Both the position numbers and the translations under genes were made by a program. A DNA stretch of 64,000 bases from Octopus sinensis (lineage: Eukaryota), in contig NC_042997.1 in assembly GCF_006345805.1 (NCBI RefSeq), forward strand, positions 39,556,001-39,620,000. Reading direction: 5' to 3'. Under the pieces are notes generated by a model, which was not told the origin of the DNA, did no database searches, and worked only from the letters and a program-made list of their open reading frames with translations. Of this stretch, positions 12,175 through 25,089 are shown one piece after another. Positions within the stretch are counted from its first letter, which is position 1. Each line of letters opens with the position of its first letter.

Positions 12175-13180
12175 ACTCTTTTACTCTTTTACTTGTTTCA
12201 GTCATTTGGCTGCGGCCATGCTGGAGCACCGCCTTTAGTCGAGCAAATCGACCCCGGGACTTATTCTTTGTAAGCCCAGTACTTATTCTATCAGTCTCTT
12301 TTGCCAAACTGCTAAGTGACAGGGACATAAACACACCAGCATCGGTTGTCAAGCAATGCTAGGGGGACAAACACAGACACACAAACACACACATACATCA
12401 TCATCATCATCATCATCATCATTTAGCGTCCGTTTTCCATGCTAGCATGGGTTGGACGGTTCTACTGGGGTCTGTGAAGCCAGAAGGCTTCATCAGGCCC
12501 AGTCAAATCTGGCAGTGTTTCTATGGCTGGATGCCCTTCCTAACGCCAACCACTCCGTGAGTGTAGTGGGTGCTTTTTACGTGCCACCCGCACTGGTGCC
12601 AGACAGAGCTGGCAAACGGCCACGAACGGATGGTGCTTTTTATGTGCCACCGGCACGAGGGCCAGGCGAGGCTGGCAACGGACACGAAACGGGGCGGTGC
12701 TGGCAACGGTCGCGAAACGGAAAGTTCTCTTACATGCCACCGGCACTGGTAACACATCTGCAATTTCCATTGATCGATTTCCATTGATCGATTTCGATTC
12801 TGATCCTCACTTGCCTCAATGGGTCTTCACAAGCAGAGTTTCGACATGCCACCGGCACTGGTAGCACATCCGCAATTTCCATTGATCGATTTCGATTCTG
12901 ATCCTCACTTGCCTCAACACGTCTTCACAAGTAGAGTTTTGTGTCCCAAGAAGGGAAGGTATGCATACGTAGGCTGGCTCCATCCCATGTAGAAGGCCAC
13001 GTATACACATATACGACAGGCTTCTTTCAGTTTCCGTCTACCAAATCCACTCACAAGGCATTGGTCGGCCCGGGGCTATAGCAGAAGACACTTGCCCAAG
13101 ATGCCACGCAGTGGGACTGAACCCGGAACCATGTGGTTGGTTAGCAAGCTACTTACCACACAGCCACTCCTGCGCCTATA
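12175..13180 (-). mobile_element. SINE-A with an RTE 3' fragment inserted in its internal microsatellite
   Basis: SINE tail at 12175-12395 and head at 13002-13180. Confidence 0.9.
12396..13001 (-). mobile_element. 5'-truncated RTE 3' end with array units and a ~100-bp internal duplication
   Basis: (GAT)n tail, the conserved terminus, and 12900-13001 homologous to 870-955 of the large RTE. Duplicated block 12732-12842 / 12844-12940. Confidence 0.9.
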
Positions 13181-13715
13181 TGATATGAAAGAAAATATAT
13201 AAAGGAAATTTCTCGTGTTAGAAACACATAATTAAATTGCTCAGTGGGCTGAGAAATTGGTCAGTATTAAAGGCATCAGCTAATTTGTAGAAGTGTAAAG
13301 ACATGTGTTGTAAAAATTATGGCACCAGTAGTGTTTTAAGGGTTAGAATCAATTGTTAAATGTAACATGTTTTAAATGAATATAAAAACATAATCAAAAT
13401 TGGTTTTTAATGATCTTATTAGAAATAACATTACTTGTCCTTTCAACCAGTGAAGAAAAAAAAAAAAAGCAATTACAACATCAGTTTGAAAAGTTTTGTT
13501 TTATATAAAACTATTTATCAGATTACTAACATATGCTGGTGTTGCTGTCTAAGCTATTCAGTCACAAGAATTTATTGCTACAGCTATAAATAACTCTTAG
13601 CTATATTTAATATGAATAAAATGAGCATTTTAAGATTTATTCCGGAGCATATACCCTGTGTGTTCTACTAATATATTCCTATAGTTTCTAGCTATTTTAT
13701 ACTTTTATTTAAATA

Positions 13716-14618
13716 CTAGCAGTATCGCCTGGCGTTACTCGGGTTTGTAAGGGAAATAACTATACAAGCATTTTTAGTGAGTTATAGCAAAAACATGCAC
13801 TAAAAATGGAAAAAAAATGATGATAAATTTTTTTTTAAATTGTTGACTCATCGTAGACATTTTTAGAGAGTTACTTCCCTTATATAATAGCGAAAAAATG
13901 CATTAAAATGGAAAAAAATTATGGTAAATTTTTTTTAAAATCATAGACTCATCGTAGACGCGTGCTAATACCCAGAAGGGCTCGATATGAATCACAACTA
14001 TAAGATACCCGGTTTTGGTTAAACTGCACCGCAAAATGTGGGAGTAGTTAGGAATCTAAATCGTAGGAGACAGACACACAACTTCACTTTTATATATAAA
14101 GATTTGTGCAACAACTAAAACATTCGGTTGTGCAAATTGTTTGCACAGGAAACCTGCCCTGTGTGGCGGTAATTGCCATTTTTTTGGATCTGTTTCAGCT
14201 TTTTTAGCGATTTCTGTTTTGGCGACTTCAAGCCATGAAGTCGTTGTTCTAAAAGAACGCTGGTCTCCTTGACAATGCATTACGACGTTGATTTCCTTAC
14301 ACTCCCTTCCCCACAGCTTCACGAGGGAGGGAAGAAGGGGGAGAAGCAAACAGGTGCAGGTGTGAGCGTGGACGCCAACTCCGCCACCATCGACACACGA
14401 AAAAATATGCATTAAAATGGAATAAAAAAATGATGTTAAATTATTTTTTAAATCATAGACTCATTGTAGACGCGCGCTAATACCCAGACGGGCTCGATAT
14501 GAATCACGACTATAAGATACCCGAATTTGGTTAAACTGCACCGCAAAATGTGGGAGTAGTTAGGAATCTAAATCGGAGGAGACAGACACTCACACAACTT
14601 CACCTTTATATATAAAGA
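13716..14618 (-). mobile_element. Composite non-autonomous Helitron
   Basis: On the minus strand: A|TC 5' ends at 14618 and 14102, 3' CTAG|T at 13716 preceded by a GC-rich imperfect hairpin; no TSD. Confidence 0.82.
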
Positions 14619-15014
14619 TATGAGAGGTATTTGATAATGTTCAAGTTTAACACATTGTAAAGATCAGTAAATGTTGCTTTTAAATAATCATCCATGTAAA
14701 CCAATAGGCAATTCAATAAAAACTTATGAAACAGACATTTTGTTGAGAGGTAGTTAACATACTTTTCATAAATGCACTTATTAATTAAATTAACAAGATT
14801 TTTACATCAAGTGGGGAGAAGAAATTTAATTTCAGACGGTTTTAAATCAATTTAACATGTGATATAGAATTTTAATTGCAAAACCACTCCATTCAAAATA
14901 TTCAGAGATGTACTCATTCATAGGTATACAATTATTATACAAATGCAGATTTGCATGCTTACATAAAGTGAATATTTTTCAGTTTAAAAAATATATAGCT
15001 ATCAAAAGTGAATT

Positions 15015-15640
15015 ATGGAAGCATGGCTATGTAGTTAAAAAGTTTGATGCGGAGCCAAATGGTTTCAGGTTCAAAACAACCATACAATACCTTGGGCGAG
15101 TATTTTCTACTTATAGCTCCAGGCTGACTAAAGCCTTGTAAATAGATTTGGTACATGGAAATTGAAAGAGGCTCATCATATATGTATATATATATGTGTG
15201 TGTGTGTATGTGTGTGTGTGTGTGTGTGTGTATGTGTGTGTGTGTTTGCATGTATGTATGTATCTGTGTGTGTGTATGTTTGCATGTATGTGTGTATCTG
15301 TGTGTGTGTTTGCATGTATGCATGTATCTGTGTGTGTGTGTGTTTGCATGTATGTATGTATCTGTGTGTGTATGTGTGTGAGTATGTGTGTATGTGTGTA
15401 TGTGTGTGTGTGTGAGTGTTGCTTTGTCTTGAAATTGTGTGCTAATGTCTCCATTATGCAAGCGTTGTTGTTTACTTGCAATCTTCCATGAAAACATGTC
15501 TGGTAATTGCATTGACCCCATTTGAAAAACTAAGAGGAACAGATGCAGCCTGGTAATAAAAGGATCATCCAGCTGTAGAAAACCTGTCCTGATCAATTTT
15601 GTCTGACCCATGTAGGCATAGAAAACAATGATGATGATCA
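15015..15640 (+). mobile_element. Older SINE with family A head, long (TG)n tract and RTE-like 3' tail
   Basis: Degenerate SINE-A head; 3' CATCCAGCTGTAGAAA..ACCCATG..GCATAGAAA..(GAT)n matches the RTE terminus. Confidence 0.7.
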
Positions 15641-16424
15641 ATACCCCTTGAGGAAGAGAGTGTTTGCATTAGTGATAAAGGCTATTGAGGAATTTGTGAG
15701 GTACCCTATTTTCCCCCAGGTAACCATTCTCTTTTTTTAGGACTATTTGTTTTTACATTTTAATTTTGCTTTCATAGTTTTTCATTTTAATACAAATATG
15801 GCTTGTTTTATTCTCTCTAAAACTTCTATAATTTTTTCAACCTACTTTTGTAATAGCCTCTATTTTATGGCCTTGTGGCAAATACAAAAAAACAACTGAT
15901 TATCAATAAATATTACAGCTACTTTTTTATCTTGCCCAAATTGAGTTTCATAGCTATGCTTTATTAGAAAGGTATTAATCTAGAGGTAAGCATGATCTTC
16001 CTAGATTCGTATGACAGGTCAGTAGTCCTAGGTATGAGCAGCAGTGGAGATGGTAGTAATTTTAGACTAATATCCAGTTATGTTTTGACAGGCTCTGGAA
16101 GAATGAATTTCTTCAGGCATCAAGGATTCTTAGAAACATCTGGATTAGTTATAGTGGGTGACTGAAATGGCTTCTTAGATATACATAGAGATTGTGTGGA
16201 AGTGTGGAAGAGATTGTGTGGATGGCTGAAAGGTGGCTGTAGATTGGAAGAGGCTCAGGATTTTTGTGAGTTGGTAAGCTGTGGTTGTGTGCTGGCTAGC
16301 TACAAATTACTCTGTGTAATTGTCCTCCTTTCTGAGGCACCTTTCTCATTATTTTGTTGTTCTGTACTATTTGTTTATTAAGTTATTGATGTCATTACTT
16401 TGTTCATCTTATTCTTTTATTCTA

Positions 16425-16822
16425 TGTGGCTGTGTGGTAAGTAGCTTGTTTACCAACCACATGGTTCCGAGTTCAGTCCCACTGCGTGGCACCTCAGGCA
16501 AGTGTCTTCTGCTATAGCCTCGAGCCGACCAAAGCCTTGTGAGTGGATTTGGTAGACAGAAACTGAAAGAAGCCCATCGTATATATGTGTATATATATGT
16601 ATGTGTGTGTGTGTATATGTTTGTGTGTCTGTGTTTGTCCCCCTAGCATTGCTTGACAACCGATGCTGGTGTGTTTACGTCTCCGTTACTTAGCGGTTCG
16701 GCAAAAGAGACCGATAGAATAAGTACTGGGCTTACAAAGAATAAGTCCCGGGGTCGAGTTGCTCGATTAAAAGGCGGTGCTCCAGCATGGCCGCAGTCAA
16801 ATGACTGAAACAAGTAAAAGAG
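16425..16822 (+). mobile_element. SINE-A, full length
   Basis: High identity to the other SINE-A copies. Confidence 0.92.
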
Positions 16823-16934
16823 TATATGTAAGCTCTTTCTGGTTCTTATTTGTTGTTTACTTTTGTATTGTCACCTACATCTTGTGTTCTTGATCCCAAT
16901 AAAAGAAATTATTATTATCATTATTACTATCACT

Positions 16935-17190
16935 GTAGAGGTGTGTGGCTTAGTGGTTTGGGTGTCAGCATCATGATCGTAAGATTGTGGTTTCGATTCC
17001 TGGATCGGGCAACGCATTGTGTTTTGAGCAAAACACTTCATTTCACGTTGCTCCAGTTCACTCAGCTGGCAAAAATGAGTAACGCTGCAAAGGACTGGCG
17101 TCCCATCCAGCTGAGGAACACATACACCACTGAAACTGGGAAACCGAGCCCATGAGCCTGGCTAGGCTTTAAAAGGGTGCAAAGAAAAAG
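16935..17190 (+). mobile_element. tRNA-derived SINE family D (CORE-like plus V-domain-like)
   Basis: A box TGGCTTAGTGG, B box GTTTCGATTCC, TTGAGCAAAACACTT..TTGCTCCAGTTCACTCAGCTG, then GGACTGGCGTCCCATCCAG. Confidence 0.7.
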
Positions 17191-17229
17191 AAAGGAAAGA
17201 TTACTATCACCATCATTACTATTATTATT

Positions 17230-17915
17230 GAGGTAGTGAGCTAGCAGAACCATTTGTGCAGCAAACTAAATGCTTAGCCAGATTTCTTTTGGCTCTATAT
17301 GTTCTGAATTTAAATTCCTAAAGTCAACCATTCCATGGTTGACTTTAGGGTAAATAAAAGAAGGCAAGTTCTGAGGTTGATAGAATTGACTCATTACTTG
17401 ACCTAAAATTTTAAGCTTTGTGCTTATAGTAAGAAAGAATTATTTGTGCTTATAATAGAAAGAGTTATTATTATTATTATGAAGATGGCAAGCTGGCAGA
17501 ATCATTAGTGTATTGGACAAAGTGTTTAGTGGTATTTCTTCAAGCCCTTTTTGTTCTGAGCCCAAATTCCACCATGGTTGAGCTTACTTTTTCTCCTTTT
17601 AGGGAAATAAAATAAGTACCAGTCATGTACTGGCATTGATGTAATCGACTAGCCCCCTCCCCTAAAAAAATTTTAAGCTTTGAGCCTAAAGTACTAACGA
17701 TTATTTTATTATTAAGGAAGGTGGCAAGCTAGCAGAATCATTAGCATGCCAGACAAAATGCTTTCTGGCATTTCATTTGTCTTTACATTCTGAGTTCAAA
17801 TGTCACCAAAGTTGACCTTGCCTTTCATCCTTTGGGGATTGATAAAATAAGAACCAGTTGAGTACTGGGGTTGATGTAATTGACTTGTTGGCCTCATGCT
17901 AAAATTTTAAACCGT
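17230..17915 (+). mobile_element. Three decayed SINE-B copies in tandem, separated by (ATT)n
   Basis: Heads at ~17232, 17483 and 17720, each with B box and central domain. Confidence 0.82.
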
Positions 17916-19364
17916 TATTATTATTTTTATAATATTTCAATTTCATAGTGTAAAGTAACACTTTTGCTTTTCTTTATGAAACACAATCTACCATGAAATT
18001 TCCTTTGGAGTACTTGCAAAAAGATCTATAATTGCCCAAAGAAAGCTTGCCCTCAATACCCAGAGATAGACAACAACAACAACAAAAAATGAGGTTTCAA
18101 ATTTTTTAAAATTGTATTTATGCACATTATGTCTCCACATCCCAAATGGTTAACACACATTCTTACACAATAAGACTAAGCACTACAATTGCAAGAAAAC
18201 AATAAAAAACAGAAACAAAAAACACAAAATCAAATCAAGACACACAACTGAATGTGCATGAGGAAGGAGAATCTGAACAGTTTAGTGAACAAATAATAGA
18301 AGGAAATGTACTAAACACTCAAATAAGTAGTTTTAAAGATTGCGGAAATAGTAACAACAACAACAGCAGTAGCAATGACTGCATGGAGTTAAATGCTATG
18401 GTTTGTTCATATAGAATTTGTGTTAAAGTAAACCTTCTCTGAATACAAACTGAGCGAATGGAAATTTTAGACCTATCACAGTTGCAAGTAAGAAAAATAT
18501 TACGAATGTAGGTGGGAAGATTTCATAAACCAGAATAGCATTTCTTTGCCGCAGGAGCTTAATCCAGGAGAGAGTAAAGAGAAAGACTATATACCTCTGT
18601 TTATGGAAGGACAGAAGTGAACTAAATCTTCCCACACATCTTGAAGTACAACTGGCTCTCCAAGTTATATTGAAAGAAGTTCTCTCAATTGAAAAAGGTT
18701 AAAACGTATGGCATTATCTACTGTACCTTAAAAACTGAAAACTCAGCCAAAATACAAGCTAAAATTGTTAGACATATCTCTGACTATATATTTATGTCCC
18801 ATTATCAAGAGCGAGAATAAGAGACATTAAACATGATGTACATCCATAGCTATAGTCAGTTTTGTATTTCAGTAAGAGAGAGTGGTTAAAGCAAGGTCAA
18901 CAAAAAAATGGCTTGTAGTTAGGGTCAAATGAATTTGCAATTCCTAATGTCTCCTAAAGACCACAAATCCATACGAGAATTATGTTCAGTTGAAGTTGGT
19001 GAGACAAAGGGAATGACATCACTAGTTGCTTTATTTATTGGAGTAAAACTCAGCTCCAGAGCAGAATGCTTAGAAGAACTGGCATGATGGAAACTACCCA
19101 CCAAAACAACCAAAAAACAGAATGACAAACCTCTGTTTCTGGAGCAGCACTAGACTAATCTGACATGTAATATGTTCTTGTGCCTAATATTAAAAATAAA
19201 TTAACAAACACCATCTCCCTTAACAGTGCCATTGTGAAGTATCATACCTTCATTGTATGATTAGGAAGAAATGGTAACTACAGATAAAAAAGCTACAAAC
19301 AATTTGTAACATGAAAGAAATAATTGGAAAAATCAGTAAATGAAGATCCAACATAAAATGCTCT

Positions 19365-20733
19365 AGCACCTGATTTCCCAATCCAGACGTTTTTGTTAGT
19401 CTCCGACTCTGCCACTCTCTGCAGTTTGTGCTAATACCATGTCTTGCTTCTCTCTAGCCTCTACTTATTGCACAATTTCCAATGTAGCACTTTTGCTACT
19501 TGGTCATGGCACCACAACTTGTAGTGGTTTGGGGCAAGTCTAGGGCATTCGTTCGTGATATGGGCAATGGTTTCATCCACTCTATTGCGGATGCAGTACA
19601 GCGGAGACACTTGCTCATTCCTCAGGTTGACCCTCCAGTTCGTGTTCAGATCTTGGTCATGTGGTGTCAGTATAATGCTTTTGGTCCCTTTTTTTAGGGT
19701 TCCTTTCAACAGCCAGTCCCACCTATTTTTTCCAGCAACTTCTGTTGTGGCTACATGGAATTGATTGTGTAGTCCCTCTTTTGTAATTTTTCTTCATGTC
19801 CTTTTTGTACTTCTTCTTTGCTTTCCCTCTTTTCTCTGCTCCCAGTACTCCCTTGTTCCTAACTGTCCCTAGCAAGGTTTCCTTACTTTGGGCTAGGTAT
19901 CTTATTAAGCTCTCGAGTTTGATACTCATGCAGTCTTCCACATTTATCAGTTCCCTTCCTCCATTTGCTCTCTTCATGTATAGGCAATCAGTGTCTACAT
20001 GTGAATGATGGGCTCCATGCATCGTTAGGAGCTTTCTAGACTTCCTGTTCATCCCCTATAGCTCCTCCTCAGTCCACTTCAGGATTCCAGTGCCATACCA
20101 AACAACTGTGACCGTGTGTGAATTTATTGCCAAAATTATGTTTCTGGCATTCAGTTTTGAAGCCATTATTTTTCTCACTTGCCGCAGGTACTCTGTTTTT
20201 GTCTTTCCCTCCATGTCATGGTGTTTGATTCCATCTGCCTCAAGTATTCTCAGGTATTTATAGCTGGATTGAGGTTGAATTTCCTTCATCTTTTCACCAC
20301 TTGGCAATCACCATATGCCTTCTGTCCTGACAAGCCTTCCTTGTCTCATCACCATCATAGCACATTTTGAGAGTCTGAACACCGTCTTAATATCATTGGA
20401 GAAAATTCCCACAGTGGACTAGGCTGTCCAGTTTTGCCTCAGTTTTCTCAGTGGACAAAAAAATTCACACATTGGAGAAAATTCCCACAGTAGACTAGGC
20501 TGTCCAGTTCTGCCTCAGCTTTTGTGAATAGCTTCAGGTTGTCCATGAATAGCAAGTGGTTTAGTTTTCCCTTACCCCTTCCTAGATCGTACCCCAACTT
20601 TGCTTTTCTGTAGTATTTCACTCAAGGGGATCATTCCCAGCATGAATATCAGTGGGAACACACTGTCCCCCTGGAAGATTCCTCTCTTGATTTTCACCTC
20701 TCCTAGTACTTGCTTCCCCGCTGTCAATTCCAT
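19365..20733 (-). pseudogene. R4/Dong-clade (RLE-type) non-LTR retrotransposon fragment
   Basis: RGIFQGDS, NHLLFMDNLKL, YKYL, SKLNARN..AIN, LYMKRANGGR and the zinc-knuckle-like ETIAHITNECPRLA..Y..HDQVAKVLHW; many stops and frameshifts. Confidence 0.88.
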
Positions 20734-20758
20734 TATTATTATTATTATTATTATTATT

Positions 20759-20824
<66 letters not shown>

Positions 20825-20854
20825 TCATCATCATCATCATCATCATTATTATTA

Positions 20855-20895
<41 letters not shown>

Positions 20896-20926
20896 CATCA
20901 TCATCATTATTATTATTATTATTATT
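20732..20926. repeat. Compound (ATT)n/(CAT)n microsatellite
   Basis: Direct reading; a similar tract lies at 21173-21316. Confidence 0.97.
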
Positions 20927-21170
20927 CAGTAGTTTTATTTTTATAGCGTACTTTCACTTCACTACCAAACGCAGCTCTGTGTGCCTTGGGTATGTGCTGT
21001 GGTTTGCTGTGATGCTCTTATGGTTACTGTATTGAAAGTGTTTTGCGTAGGATGTGTGCAGTGCCCAGTAGTGCAATTTTCTGTATGATATATGAGTTTG
21101 TAAGTCCTGGTGTTTTTGTTACATATTTGTCTAAATATTTTTTTATCATACCTAATGATAAAAAAATATA

Positions 21171-21175
<5 letters not shown>
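20926..21175 (-). mobile_element. 3' end of an R4/Dong-type element
   Basis: C-terminus LGMIKK..IQKIALLGTAHILRKTLSIQ*, ~100-bp 3' UTR with AATAAA, and (TAA)n on both sides. Confidence 0.85.
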
Positions 21176-21263
<88 letters not shown>

Positions 21264-21268
21264 TATTA

Positions 21269-21316
<48 letters not shown>

Positions 21317-21317
<1 letters not shown>

Positions 21318-21750
21318 GGTGGCAAGCTGGCAGAATCATTAGCAAGCTGGGCAAATGCTTAAAAGCGTTTCATCCGTCTTTACATTCTGAGTTCAAATTC
21401 CATTGAGGTCTACTTTACCTTTTGGGGGTCAATAAAATAAATACCAGTTGAATACTAGGGTCAATGTAATTGACTTGCCCCCTCTCCCGAAATTGCAGGC
21501 TTTGTGCCTTTAGTAGAAAGGAACATTATTATTATCATCATCACCATCATGTTTGTAGAAGGTGGAGGTCGAGAGAATCATTAAAGCCCCAGAAAAAATT
21601 TCTTATGGTAATTCTTCTAGTTTTTTACACTCATAGTTCAAACCTCACCAAAGTCAACTTTGCTTGATATTCTTTTAGTTAAGTACTGTGGTTGATGCAG
21701 CTGGCTTGCCACCCACCCTCAAAATTTCTTGACCTTGTACCTATATTAGA
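21317..21750 (+). mobile_element. Two decayed SINE-B copies
   Basis: Heads at 21317 and ~21560 with B box and central domain. Confidence 0.72.
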
Positions 21751-21989
21751 AAGTTTTTATCTTTATAATTCCTGATTTAAGAAATACATCAAGAATTTTC
21801 ATTCTTACTGCAATAATTAGGTATATCATCATCATAATCATCATCATCCTCATCACTGTTTTAGGGGTCACTTTTCCTGAATCAGACAGAATTTGTTGGG
21901 GTAGTTTTGCATAACCAGATGCTCTTTCTGTTTCCAACCTTCACCTGTTTTCAAGTAAGGTAATATTTTCCCTTAGCCAGACAGAAGTA

Positions 21990-24075
21990 ATTACAGAGGT
22001 ATCAAATTGCTGGATCAGGTTAAGAAAGTTACAAAGAAAATCATAGCTCAACTTATTATTAGGAAGAGAGTTAACCTAGATGCAGTTTGGTTTTGTGCCA
22101 GGAAGAAGCACTCCTGATGCCGTCTCCCTAGTAAGACAACTGCAGGAGAAACATTTAACTAAAAATAAATCGCTGTACTTTGTTGACATGGAGAAAGCCT
22201 TAGGTAGAGTGCCTTGCTTCCTCATAAGGTGGTCAATGCAGAAGCAAGGGGTATATGAGTGTCTGGTAAGAGCTATCCAAACCTTGTGTAGGGATGCTAT
22301 CAGTAAGGTGAAAGTCAGTAATGAGTATAGAAAGTAGAAGATAACCAAGGATCACTTCTCAACCCTTTCTTGTTTGTCATAGTCTTCCAGGCCATTACAG
22401 GGGAATTTAAAACTGGTGGTCAATAGGAGCTTCTCTAGGCTGATGACTTTGTTCTTATCACTGAATCTCTTGTAGAATTAGAGGAGAAATTTCAGGTGTG
22501 GAAGTAAGGACTGGCACCAAAGACCCCTAATGTTAACTTAGTAAAGACGAAAGTCCTAATAAGTAGGAAAGCAAATTACCGAGCTCTTCAGGGAAATGGT
22601 TCTGCTTGATATGTAAGAAAGGTGTAGGTGGAAATTCCATACAGTGTACTCAGTGCAAAATATAAGAGACGCAACAGAATCACAGGAGGGTTAATAGAGA
22701 AAATAATTCTTGTGTATGGCAGATGTGCAGAAACAATAAACACTAAGAGCACTTAGTAGATATTTTTTTCAAATGTCGAGGAAGATATTTTGAAGTTTCT
22801 GTTGATTAGGTGACCAAATTAGCAGTGGAGGAGGATGCTCTGAAAGCATAGTTACTACAATAGGAACTGGCTGGACAACATTCAGAGCAAAAGGTGGATT
22901 GTATGATGCCTGTGTACAAACAGAAATGCTACATGGTGGTGAATCATGAGTTGTGAATGCTGAGGACATGTGAACACTTGAAAGAAATGAAACCATCTTG
23001 TTGCACTGGATGTACAATGTCAGTGTGCATGTATGACAAAGTGTAAGTGTTTTGTGAGTAAAATTGGGTATAAGAGGCATCAAATGTAATGTGCAAGAGA
23101 GAAAACTGTGCCGGTATGGTCATGATGCATATGGACAAAGACAGCTGCATAAGGAAGTGGAAGACTTGGGGGATGTGAGATGAAGTGGTAGAAAATGATC
23201 TTCAGATGTTGAATCTAACAGAGGGGATGACAAAAGACTGAGACAATTAGCAATTTGCTGTGCTTGAGAAGATACATCAAGCTAAGTAAAATTGAGGCCA
23301 AAAAGGCATGTCCTTTATATCTATGCTCTCATACACAATTCGTCACTGTCAAATCTCACAAATCCCATCTTCTCTACACCTTCCCCACTCACTTTCATCC
23401 CTTGTTGTATTACCCTCCTCTCTATCTCATACTCTCCCTTGCAAACCACTTGAACACTATATCCCTGTCAATTTTCTTCCCCACAACATATCTTCCTAAC
23501 AGACCCCCCCTCTACCTGTGTCCACTCACCTAATCTCTCACTGTTCTTTCATATAAGCTTACCGACCCACTCACCCTCTCCAATTCCTGGTCCTCTTCAC
23601 TGTATACCCCTCCTTGTAACTTGGGTGTATACCCCTCCTTGTAACTTGAGTGTATGCCCCATCACATCTTCATTGTACTGCTCTCCTTTCTCTCCAACTG
23701 AGATAGCCATGCATCTCCTCTACTGCAAGACACCCATTTCTGTCCCTCTAAATTCTCATCATCTGGCACTAAGCTACCCCACTCAATACTGCTCCCCACC
23801 TGCAAGTTACTTAGTGATTTCACTGCTGTTGGTACCATATAAAAAAGCACACAGTATATTCTTTAAAGTAGTTGGCATTAGGAAGAGCATCCAGCCATAG
23901 AAACCATGCTAAGGCAAACAATAGAGCTTGGCATAGTCTTTAGACTTGCCAGCTTCTGTCAAACTGTCTGACCTGACCTATGCCAACATAGGAAAAAGGA
24001 CATCAAGTGATAATGATGATGAAGATGATGACGACGATGATGATGACAACAATGACGACCATAATGATGATGATA
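21990..24075 (+). mobile_element. Older, decayed RTE copy (RT to tail)
   Basis: GIKLLDQV, MQFGFVPGRST..VRQLQEK, *ADD at ~22436-22447, PHD-like remnant at ~22590-22730, ORF end ~23290, terminus and (GAT)n tail at 23830-24075. Confidence 0.9.
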
Positions 24076-24570
24076 AGAATATCCTAATAATGTTTACACA
24101 TCCTCCTAGTATTACTACTTGGGCTTACTGCTGATCTGTATTCTCTTTCTGTTGTATCAAGTATGGCTATCATGACCTTTACATCACTGAACTTTCAGTT
24201 GCCCTACCTCCTAAATTGAACTGACCACCTGTATTTATTTCTATTTTACATGTAACTCATATTAAATTTACATTCAAGACCTGATAATTAATCACTTCTT
24301 CTAATCTTTCTACAAGCCTTCTTTCAGTTTTATTTTTCTGAACATGATTAATCTGTCACAATTCAAATGAAATATTACTGGCATTAATTCCATATAGTTA
24401 TTTATGTTGTTTTTTTTGCTAATGAGATATTTTATTTATTGTTTATAAAATATATTATAAACAGTGCCAGGAGGTACAAAGTAATTGTTACAATTTGTAA
24501 TAAATCAATGAAAAGGAATCTATTTTGCAAAAAAAATAAAAACCAAACCTAAAACCCCAAAACAGAGAAA

Positions 24571-24705
24571 GAAAGAATCACCAATGCTGCACCAAGTGCC
24601 TCAATTGGTCACACGCCACAAGGTTCAATGGAACCTACTGAAGCATGCCAACACGCTCACAGCAATACCATTGGTGATGGTGAATCTAAAGCGTTTTATG
24701 GAACA
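24571..24705 (+). pseudogene. Possible Mutator-like transposase remnant
   Basis: Translation GHTPQGSMEPTEA..IGDGESKAF resembles the NH.GSSGSME and IGDGDSK motifs. Confidence 0.35.
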
Positions 24706-25089
24706 AAAGTGGTAATGGATATTTTACAGCTCTTAAAAGAAATAAATACCAGACAAACATAGCATGCATATTAAGAAATTGAAAAATAAGAGCGTATTCA
24801 ACTGGAACCAGGATGCAGGCAGAAGATTTAGATTAAAAATGATTTGTTTCATAACATAAGAAGAGATAAAAGCAGAACGATTTAAGAACTTAAATTGATG
24901 ATATAAGATGTTGGATGGTTAAGCTGGTGGTTTTTTTAAAACTGAATTCAGTGTAAAATAGAGAAACCTCTTTTTTTTAGTTACTATATTGTAATGATAA
25001 CATGGTAATTACATAACACTTATTTTGGGATGAATATTAAATTCTATTGGGATTGTGTCTTTTTAAGCTAAAGTAGAAGACTTGTACAA

